Below are positions 17,416 through 26,349 of a DNA stretch of 47,176 nt, in pieces; position 1 is the stretch's first letter; each line of letters starts with the position of its first letter. The notes under the pieces are model-generated. The model was not told the origin of the DNA, ran no database searches, and was given only the letters and a program-made list of their open reading frames with translations. Source of the stretch: Candidatus Daviesbacteria bacterium RIFCSPHIGHO2_01_FULL_40_11 (GTDB taxonomy: Bacteria; Patescibacteriota; Microgenomatia; Daviesbacterales; UBA10151); assembly GCA_001776635.1 (NCBI GenBank), contig MFCP01000004.1:1124-48299 (forward strand), written 5' to 3'. A program made the position numbers and the translations under genes.

Positions 17416-17445
17416 ATTATTTGCATAAACAAACATAGTTGTCAA
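17416..17445 (-). promoter_or_regulatory. sigma-70-like promoter for the pilin gene starting at 17395
   Basis: On the minus strand, TTGACA-18 nt-AATAAT, with the same architecture as the 16766-16795 promoter. Confidence 0.55.
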
Positions 17446-17476
17446 TACCCTTATTTTGTCAGTTTTCAATAAGCTT

Positions 17477-18397
17477 TTATATGCCTATATGTAAGTACCA
17501 GTCAACAATCTGGTTTCCCCAAAAGAGCATAATTAAACTGCCCAAAACCAAAAATGGACCAAAGGGTATGGTTTGTCCAAAATGCTTTTTACCACTAATA
17601 ATGAGCGCTACTGCGAATATAGCACCGATCAAAAATGATAAAACAACTGCAAATATAGCTTGCGGGAACCCTAACACGAGTCCCATAAACGCTCCCAACT
17701 TGACGTCTCCACCTCCCATGCCTTTCCCGCTAGTTACAATTATCAAACTTAAGAAAAATCCACCGATCAAAAACCCCATCAAAATTCCATAAAAAAGAGG
17801 CTGGGCAAGAATAATTGCGTGTCTTTGAAAATATTCACTGTGTAGGGGAAGCAGTAATCTGCCCACCGGACTTTGGGACAAATAATAGTAAAGATAACCT
17901 ATCTTATAAAGAGTAATCAAGGAGAGAAAAATCAACCCAATCCAGATGGCAGGTAAAACAACCCTATCCGGAATAAACATTTTCTTAAGATCAGTTAAAA
18001 AAAGAACTGCCAAAGTTGTTATGAAGAAAATTTTAAGCAGAAGGTCTAACAGAGTAACTGAAAATTGAAAATTGAAAATTGACTGAAAACTGAAATCTGA
18101 AAATTGAAAATTCTTGAAGCTCTGCCAGAACAGAAACCCTACCAGTATTCCCATCATCACCTCAACCACCAAATACTCTATCCCAATCTTCTTGTGGCAA
18201 TATCTACACTTTCCACGCAAGTATATATAGGAAACAACAGGAAAAAGGTCGTACCATGCCAGCTTGTGCCGACATTTCGGGCAGTACGACCTTCCCCAGA
18301 ATGACTTTTTACCTAAACTCCTATCCGCTATCGCTTTAACAAAACTTCCTAGCACCGAGCCTACAACAAATCCAAGGACAAAAATTATATTTCCCAC
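17477..18397 (-). CDS. pilD: prepilin peptidase/N-methyltransferase PilD (peptidase A24)
   Basis: 306 aa. N-terminal CPKC...CRYC zinc-type motif, multiple TM segments, and the GGGDVKL active-site motif. Confidence 0.9.
   Translation of the reverse strand: MGNIIFVLGFVVGSVLGSFVKAIADRSLGKKSFWGRSYCPKCRHKLAWYDLFPVVSYIYLRGKCRYCHKKIGIEYLVVEVMMGILVGFLFWQSFKNFQFSDFSFQSIFNFQFSVTLLDLLLKIFFITTLAVLFLTDLKKMFIPDRVVLPAIWIGLIFLSLITLYKIGYLYYYLSQSPVGRLLLPLHSEYFQRHAIILAQPLFYGILMGFLIGGFFLSLIIVTSGKGMGGGDVKLGAFMGLVLGFPQAIFAVVLSFLIGAIFAVALIISGKKHFGQTIPFGPFLVLGSLIMLFWGNQIVDWYLHIGI
18061..18113. repeat. heptanucleotide tandem repeat inside pilD
   Basis: aaaattg occurs three times at 18061-18081. It then occurs once more at 18100-18106, followed by one aaaattc at 18107-18113, after an 18-nt related spacer. 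The region encodes FQFSDFSFQSIFNFQFS. Confidence 0.8.
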
Positions 18398-18940
18398 TTA
18401 ATATGTACAGCTACCACCCGATGCAGCAATCAGAGTTAAATCAGAACCGACTTCGTAAAGAGTGTCCTCATTACCACCATCCGCTCCTGCCTTACCTGAC
18501 TCCTTCTGAGATTCCAAAGCAGTGTTGATTTCCCAACCGCTACCATCAGAACAATAAGTATAATGGTTCACCACAGTATTGAGTTGATCAACGGGCAAGG
18601 TCGGAACTGACACACTCTTCTGAGCGGACAGATTAACTTTCACCCAACCTGTTCCGTCTGAATTTCTGGTACCAGTGTTACTCGATCCAGGACATGGTAC
18701 TGTACCACCCTCACAGAGAATGGTAGCCGCAGAACCGGTTGCTTCTTGAACTGCCACATTAATTGCTTGTTGTAAGTTAGCAAGATCAGACAACCTAGCC
18801 GCATCACGGCCTCTACGGGTAAGCTCCAACGGATTAATAATCAAAACAACGACTGCTGCCAAAATGGCAATAATTGCTATAACTACCAAAAGTTCAACCA
18901 AAGTAAATCCTTTGGTCAAAACTTGAGCAGATTTTTTCAA
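18398..18940 (-). CDS. type IV pilin, candidate major pilin
   Basis: TTG start preceded by the strong SD GGGGGTGA 6 nt upstream. N-terminus MKKSAQVLTKG|FTLVELLVVIAIIAILAAV. It lies between pilC and pilD and has its own promoter-like element. Confidence 0.75.
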   Translation of the reverse strand: MKKSAQVLTKGFTLVELLVVIAIIAILAAVVVLIINPLELTRRGRDAARLSDLANLQQAINVAVQEATGSAATILCEGGTVPCPGSSNTGTRNSDGTGWVKVNLSAQKSVSVPTLPVDQLNTVVNHYTYCSDGSGWEINTALESQKESGKAGADGGNEDTLYEVGSDLTLIAASGGSCTY

Positions 18941-18963
18941 AATTTCTCACCCCCTTCTTTCCT

Positions 18964-18994
18964 ATTGTATTCACAGAGATACATATTTAGTCAA
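18964..18994 (-). promoter_or_regulatory. candidate promoter for the pilin gene starting at 18940
   Basis: On the minus strand, TTGACT-19 nt-TACAAT. The predicted short UTR contains the GGGGGTGA SD. Confidence 0.4.
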
Positions 18995-19005
18995 GAGGGT
19001 GTTAT

Positions 19006-20205
19006 TTAAAAAGATGTGGTTAGTTTGTATATCGGCAGAATAATTGAGAGTACCAAAAATGCTACTCCAATGCCTAAGATAATTAGAATTATCGGTTCAA
19101 TAGCTACTGTCAAATTCTTGATCATATGATCTGACTCCGACTCAAAATAATCGGCAAGTTTTAAAAATATCTCGTCTACCTTACCTGTTTCTTCACCCAC
19201 TCTGATCATTTGACTGACGATTTTCGGAAAAACATTAGCAGTAAGAAGGGTTGAAAACGGCAGGCCTTTTTCAACACCATTGTAGGCATCCTTGAGTGCA
19301 TTTTTAAACACCGGATTATTTGTCAAGTCCGAAACTATACTTATTGATGTAAGCAAGGGAATGCCAGCGGAAGTTAAAAGTCCAAAAGTGCGGTTGAAAT
19401 TGGTTAAAGTTATATTGGCAGCAAGTTTTCCCACAATTGGGGTTTTTAAAATCAGTTTGCCAAAGAAAAGATTGCCTTCAGGTGTACGCTTCCATCTGTT
19501 GATACCCACAAAGCTACCAACCAAAACGATCAGTCCCAACCACCAGAAGTTTACGAATAGATTGGATACAGCGATTAGTATTCTGGTGGGAAGTGGAAGT
19601 TGTATTGTTGACTGGGTATACAAAGTTACGAGCTTTGGGATAACGAAAACCATCATTATGATGATAACAGCGATCATCATTGTTACAACAACAATCGGAT
19701 AGATCAGTGCCCCTCTAATTTTTGCTTTGAATTCCCTCTCTTTTTCCAATCCATCAGCCATTTGCAAAAGAACCGAATCAAGTTTACCAGAAGCTTCACC
19801 GGCTTTAACTAAATTAACATAAAGATGGGGGAAAATATTCGGGTATTTACTTAAAGCTTGCGCCAGCGTTAAACCCCCTTTTATATTCTGGGAAATTTCA
19901 ACCAAAGCCCGCTTCAGAATTTTATTAGTTTGTTGCTCCTCTAAGATATCTATTGCTTCCGATAGAACTAACCCGCTACTTACCATTGTTGCCAACTGTC
20001 TTGTAATAATAACCAACTCCGAGAAGCTGACTCTGTTTAAGAAACGCTCTAAAAGCATGTTTGCAGGAGGATTTTTGGTACTTAAAGAAACAACAATTAA
20101 ACCTTTCTTTCGTATAACTGTGGCGGCCGAATGAGTATCAGGAGCTTGAACGCTACCGGCATGATCGACACCTTGTAAATCCTTAGCTTTGTAGTTGAAT
20201 TCCAT
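19006..20205 (-). CDS. pilC: type IV pilus platform protein PilC (T2SS-F family)
   Basis: Two T2SS-F repeats and three TM regions. The N-terminus MEFNYKAKDLQG is typical of PilC. The ATG at 20205 is preferred over the TTG at 20223. Confidence 0.9.
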   Translation of the reverse strand: MEFNYKAKDLQGVDHAGSVQAPDTHSAATVIRKKGLIVVSLSTKNPPANMLLERFLNRVSFSELVIITRQLATMVSSGLVLSEAIDILEEQQTNKILKRALVEISQNIKGGLTLAQALSKYPNIFPHLYVNLVKAGEASGKLDSVLLQMADGLEKEREFKAKIRGALIYPIVVVTMMIAVIIIMMVFVIPKLVTLYTQSTIQLPLPTRILIAVSNLFVNFWWLGLIVLVGSFVGINRWKRTPEGNLFFGKLILKTPIVGKLAANITLTNFNRTFGLLTSAGIPLLTSISIVSDLTNNPVFKNALKDAYNGVEKGLPFSTLLTANVFPKIVSQMIRVGEETGKVDEIFLKLADYFESESDHMIKNLTVAIEPIILIILGIGVAFLVLSIILPIYKLTTSF

Positions 20206-20229
20206 AATTACCAAAAACTCCAATCTGAA

Positions 20230-21282
20230 CTATTTAAGCAACTTAAGTAATAGCTCAGGCCTTAGTGCGAACCTTAGTGCAACGTCTTGAGAAATTTTTC
20301 CCGCCTTTACCAAATTGACAAGAGAACGCTCAAGAGGTTGCATCCCGAGTTCTGCTGATGTTTCAATTGTATTATCTATTAAATATGACTTGCCTTCCCG
20401 AATAATATTTCGGACAGCGGGTGTAACAAACATAACCTCACTTGCCAGTGTTCTTCCTGGTTGAATTGTCGGTATTAATCGAAGTGACAGAATTACTTCC
20501 AAAGTTGCTGCCAGTTGAAGTCTTATTTGAGGCTGCTGTAGTTCAGGAAAAACATCAATGATCCTGTCTACGGATTGCGCGGCCGAGTTGGTGTGTAGAG
20601 TTGCAAACACCAAGTGGCCAGTTTCCGCAATAGTCATAGCTGATGCAATAGTCTCTAGATCTCTCATCTCACCGATCAAAACTACATCCGGATCTTCCCG
20701 TAAGGCCGAGCGCAACGCATTACTCCAAGACCTAGTATCAGAATACATTTCCCTCTGTTCGATTAAAGATCTACCTGGTGGATATACATATTCTATAGGA
20801 TCCTCGACAGTAATGATATGGGACGCTCGGATTTGATTAATCTTGTTTATAAACGATGCTAAAGTTGTAGATTTACCATGACCGGTTGGCCCTGCAACCA
20901 AGATAAAACCTTGCTTCAGATCTACCAGTTTATTTACAACCGGTGGAAAACCCAATTCTTCCATGATTGGGATACGATAAGGAATAAGTCTTAAAGCTAC
21001 GGCAGGGTAGCCTTTTTGTCTAAATAAATTAACTCTAAACCTGGCTCTCTTTTCAAATTCAAAAGAAAAATCAAGTTCAAAGACCTGTTTATAGATATTT
21101 GATTGAAGATCTGTAAGAAGAGGCCTAATCAAACTCTCGATTTGCTCGGGAGAAGTAGGTGTCTCGCCAGGTACAGTTATAAGTTCGCCATGAATTCGGA
21201 GGGTGGGTGGAAAACCCACCGATAAGTGTAAATCCGAAGCATTTCTTTGAATAGTTAGGTCTAAAAGTTGTTGGATATTCAT
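20230..21282 (-). CDS. pilT: type IV pilus retraction ATPase PilT
   Basis: 350 aa. Walker A GPTGHGKSTT, Asp box, His box (TLHTNSA), and PilT-type AVRNIIREGK and GMQPLERSL. Confidence 0.9.
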   Translation of the reverse strand: MNIQQLLDLTIQRNASDLHLSVGFPPTLRIHGELITVPGETPTSPEQIESLIRPLLTDLQSNIYKQVFELDFSFEFEKRARFRVNLFRQKGYPAVALRLIPYRIPIMEELGFPPVVNKLVDLKQGFILVAGPTGHGKSTTLASFINKINQIRASHIITVEDPIEYVYPPGRSLIEQREMYSDTRSWSNALRSALREDPDVVLIGEMRDLETIASAMTIAETGHLVFATLHTNSAAQSVDRIIDVFPELQQPQIRLQLAATLEVILSLRLIPTIQPGRTLASEVMFVTPAVRNIIREGKSYLIDNTIETSAELGMQPLERSLVNLVKAGKISQDVALRFALRPELLLKLLK

Positions 21283-21289
21283 ATTCCAT

Positions 21290-23008
21290 CTAGTCTTGCG
21301 CTACCCGCAGTACTTCCTCCATAGTAGTTATTCCCTCTAAAACCTTTAAGTATCCATCCTGCTTCATAGTAACCATACCGGATGTAATAGCTAGTTGCTC
21401 GATGGCACCGGAGGAGGCATGTTCCAGTATTAATTTGGCGATTTGTTCTGAAATAGGAAACACTTCAAAAATACCAATCCTCCCCAAATAACCGGTATTT
21501 GCACAATAAGAACATCCTTTTCCTTTGAAAAGTCTTAAAGAAGCATAAGCAGAAACGGGCAAAAACTTTCCCAAAACCGATTTGATATTTTCAATTACTT
21601 CCGCAGGAGCTCTAAATTCCACTTTGCAATTGGGACAAATTTTACGTACAACCCTTTGTCCGACAACAGCATTTAAAGCAGAAGTAAGCAAAAATGGCTC
21701 AACTCCCATATCTAAAAGCCTGGGCGGGGCGCCGGCGGCGGAGTTTGTGTGGACTGTGGAAAAAACTTGATGTCCGGTCAAAGCGGCCTGAATTGCCAAA
21801 TCAGCAGTTTCAGTATCTCTCACCTCTCCAACCATTATTATATTGGGGTCTTGACGCAAGAAACTTCTAAGAGCCGAAGCGAAAGTTAGACCGACCTGAG
21901 TGTTGACTTGAACTTGATTAACTCCAGGAATCTGATATTCAACAGGATCCTCGATTGTAACTATATTAACCTTTGTGGTAGAAATTTTAGTGAGTATTGA
22001 ATAGAGAGTTGTAGTTTTTCCGCTGCCTGTTGGACCGCATATCAGGATAATTCCATGAGGCCGCGACAACTGGCTCTCCAAAATCTTTAAAGAACTACCT
22101 CTAAATCCCAATTCCAAAAAGGACGGCGCCCCCACTGATTTAGGCAACAGCCTCATTACGACCTTTTCTCCAAAGATAGTAGGCACAGTGGAGATACGCA
22201 GATCCACTATATTTTGTCGGAAGGTAAAAGTAAATCTGCCATCCTGAGGTAGTCTCTTCTCATCGATCTTTAAGACTGAAAGAATTTTAATTCTTGACAC
22301 AAGAGCATCGTGTACTCCTTTTGGGAGAAGAATTTTTTCCTGTAAGATCCCATCGATCCTATATCGTACTCTGGTTCTATCTTCCTGAGGCTCAATATGA
22401 ATATCGGATGCCCTGCTCTTTATGGCGTATTCTAAAAGTTGGTCTATGATATTGGAAACAGGAGCCTCGCGTAAAATTTCCGGTCCGGCTTGACCCTCTT
22501 CCGCCGGTTTAACAGCTGCAACTTCTTTTAAAGCTGATGTTACTTCCGAAGTTAAATTTTGAGCGTATTGATCGGAGATGGCTTTCAAGATATCCTCGGC
22601 TTGCGCCAGAAACGGCTTGACCCTCAAACCTGCCCTTTTTTCGATAAACTGGCTGATTTGAATATCCAAAGGATCTGCCATTGCTACCCAGAGTTCATCT
22701 CCCTTTTTCTCAAATGGAATTATTCGGTAACGGCGGGCTGCCGCCTCTGGGACTAAATTTAAGATATCTGCCGCGATGGCTTTTCCCTCAAGCTTGATAT
22801 AGGGAACATTTAAAGTCCATGCTTTAGCTTGAGTTATTTTATCAATCGGTACCAGATTGTATTGAAGAAGAATTTTCTCAACCGGTTGTCCGGAGTTAAT
22901 ACTTTCCAATTTGATGGCGGAGAGTTGATCTGAGCTTAAATACCCCTCTTTAAAAAGGATGTCTTCCAAAGAAGAATCTTGTGGGATTTGGGCAAGATTA
23001 ATGGGCAT
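21290..23008 (-). CDS. pilB: type IV pilus assembly ATPase PilB (GspE family)
   Basis: 572 aa. N-terminal T2SSE_N-type domain, Walker A GPTGSGKTTT, and tetracysteine CPNC...CSYC. Confidence 0.9.
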   Translation of the reverse strand: MPINLAQIPQDSSLEDILFKEGYLSSDQLSAIKLESINSGQPVEKILLQYNLVPIDKITQAKAWTLNVPYIKLEGKAIAADILNLVPEAAARRYRIIPFEKKGDELWVAMADPLDIQISQFIEKRAGLRVKPFLAQAEDILKAISDQYAQNLTSEVTSALKEVAAVKPAEEGQAGPEILREAPVSNIIDQLLEYAIKSRASDIHIEPQEDRTRVRYRIDGILQEKILLPKGVHDALVSRIKILSVLKIDEKRLPQDGRFTFTFRQNIVDLRISTVPTIFGEKVVMRLLPKSVGAPSFLELGFRGSSLKILESQLSRPHGIILICGPTGSGKTTTLYSILTKISTTKVNIVTIEDPVEYQIPGVNQVQVNTQVGLTFASALRSFLRQDPNIIMVGEVRDTETADLAIQAALTGHQVFSTVHTNSAAGAPPRLLDMGVEPFLLTSALNAVVGQRVVRKICPNCKVEFRAPAEVIENIKSVLGKFLPVSAYASLRLFKGKGCSYCANTGYLGRIGIFEVFPISEQIAKLILEHASSGAIEQLAITSGMVTMKQDGYLKVLEGITTMEEVLRVAQD

Positions 23009-23014
23009 ATATCC

Positions 23015-23043
23015 ATTATGTTAAAATCTCCCTGTGATTGCAA
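23015..23043 (-). promoter_or_regulatory. candidate promoter for pilB (head of the pilus locus), leaderless geometry
   Basis: On the minus strand, TTGCAA-17 nt-CATAAT, with the -10 box ending 6 nt before the ATG at 23008. The -35 box lies inside the first codons of holB. Confidence 0.4.
23019..23027 (+). promoter_or_regulatory. extended -10 element for holB, leaderless geometry
   Basis: TGtTAAAAT, ending 6 nt before the GTG at 23034. It interleaves with the pilB -10 box on the other strand. Confidence 0.35.
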
Positions 23044-23750
23044 GACTTTTAATTTCACCTAATATTGAAAGAAGGTTAGAGGCGATCAAAAAGATACTAG
23101 CTTCCCACATCGGAAGCCTACCTGCCTATCCGTCCGGCAGGCGGGCCGGTAAGGCAGGTGGGAATACAAATCACCCAGATGTGCTGTATTTTGAAACGGG
23201 GGAAAAACTGGGAATTGCAGAGGCCAGAAAGATTAAAGAACATTTTTCCTTAAAGCCATATTCTGCCTCCGGAAGGGTAGTAATCATAGAAGATGCGGGA
23301 GTTTTGACCCCTGAGGCCCAAAACGCCCTGTTAAAAACCCTAGAAGAACCACCAAAAGAAGCAATTTTAATTTTAGGTGCGGGATCCGATGCCGAGCTTC
23401 TACCGACAATTTTATCGAGGTGCCAAATCCGTCATCTCGAGGCTACAAGTTATGATACACCAGAGTATCATCGTGAACATATCAAGAACTTAGAAGGATT
23501 ATTAAATGCTTCCATCGAAGAGCGTTTCGCATTTATTGAAAAGCTTAAGGATAGGGAGCAGTTCCTGCATTCTGCGGTGAACTTCTTTCGCCAACAATTA
23601 CTCGAATCCACCCACGAAAGGTCGTACCCTTTAGGCCCGACCCGACAATTTCTTCAAGAGCTCCTGCAAGCGGAGGAGTGGGCTAAACAGAATGTTAACA
23701 CTCGGGCAATTTTGGAATATTTAATGCTGGTTATGCCTTCTGAAATATGA
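23034..23750 (+). CDS. holB: DNA polymerase III delta-prime subunit (short form)
   Basis: GTG start. Motifs HPDVLYFE, AQNALLKTLEEPP, LPTILSRCQ. No obvious Walker A. Confidence 0.75.
   Translation: MIARLLISPNIERRLEAIKKILASHIGSLPAYPSGRRAGKAGGNTNHPDVLYFETGEKLGIAEARKIKEHFSLKPYSASGRVVIIEDAGVLTPEAQNALLKTLEEPPKEAILILGAGSDAELLPTILSRCQIRHLEATSYDTPEYHREHIKNLEGLLNASIEERFAFIEKLKDREQFLHSAVNFFRQQLLESTHERSYPLGPTRQFLQELLQAEEWAKQNVNTRAILEYLMLVMPSEI
23098..23166. repeat. composite GC-rich palindromic element embedded in frame in holB; shares a 19-nt core with the murC element
   Basis: tagcttcccacatcggaag (23098-23116) is identical to 26522-26540. It is followed by cctacctgcct...aggcaggtggg (an 11-bp inverted repeat with 1 mismatch) that encloses ccggc/gccgg. 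Confidence 0.75.
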
Positions 23751-23756
23751 TATAAT
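23748..23756 (+). promoter_or_regulatory. extended -10 promoter element for gyrB
   Basis: TGaTATAAT, a perfect extended -10 box overlapping the holB stop codon. It predicts a gyrB leader of about 95 nt. Confidence 0.5.
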
Positions 23757-23765
23757 ATTTTTATC

Positions 23766-23795
23766 GTCCATCGCGAGAGATAGATCGTGATGGAC
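23766..23795 (+). promoter_or_regulatory. stable hairpin in the holB-gyrB intergenic region (gyrB leader structure or weak holB terminator)
   Basis: GTCCATCGCGA, loop gagataga, TCGTGATGGAC. This gives an 11-bp stem with one G-U pair, followed by atttcg. A second small hairpin, ccgct-agac-agcgg, lies at 23804-23817. Confidence 0.45.
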
Positions 23796-23853
23796 ATTTC
23801 GTACCGCTAGACAGCGGAGCGTGTAGTACTACTTTATCACCAGAAAGAGGTAG

Positions 23854-25875
<2,022 letters not shown>

Positions 25876-25880
25876 TATTA

Positions 25881-25909
25881 TTGACTTTCAACTCCAGTGG
25901 CGCTAGAAT
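25881..25909 (+). promoter_or_regulatory. sigma-70-like promoter for the orphan gene at 25921
   Basis: TTGACT-17 nt-TAGAAT, with the -10 box ending 11 nt before the ATG. Confidence 0.5.
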
Positions 25910-25920
25910 CAAGCACAAAT

Positions 25921-26274
25921 ATGCCTGGTGCACTAGAAATACAATCTACAGTCTCAGCTGAAGCAGCAAAAGCACGCGCAGCATTCACAGAAACTCATGG
26001 ACGATCAATACAAATAGGAAATGTTCATTACTACGAAAAATCTTTTAGGGGAACTAAACGAGATATCCAGGGATTACATACACTAGCACAAACTCCGGAA
26101 TTTCAGAAAACATATCCAGATCATTATGTTTACGCCCTCGGAAGAGAAATCATCGGTTCGATGCCAAAGCATCCCCCAAAATGGGACAGTAATTCATATA
26201 GGGATGTTCTTTTACTGCACTTGGTCAAGCAGCTACAGAAAGAGGTATTACATTATTTAATTGCGCAATCATAA
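25921..26274 (+). CDS. hypothetical protein (no recognisable family)
   Basis: 117-aa ORF from the ATG at 25921, with TTGACT-17-TAGAAT ending 11 nt upstream. The track start (GTG at 25897) lies inside that promoter. No motif recognised. Confidence 0.4.
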   Translation: MPGALEIQSTVSAEAAKARAAFTETHGRSIQIGNVHYYEKSFRGTKRDIQGLHTLAQTPEFQKTYPDHYVYALGREIIGSMPKHPPKWDSNSYRDVLLLHLVKQLQKEVLHYLIAQS

Positions 26275-26312
26275 CTACCGGGTCTCAACCAATTGAATCT
26301 CCACTAAATTAA

Positions 26313-26342
26313 TTAGCAATCATCAAATAAAAATCATATAAT
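26313..26342 (+). promoter_or_regulatory. sigma-70-like promoter for murC, leaderless geometry
   Basis: TTAGCA-18 nt-TATAAT, with the -10 box ending 7 nt before the ATG at 26350. Confidence 0.45.
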
Positions 26343-26349
26343 TTATACT

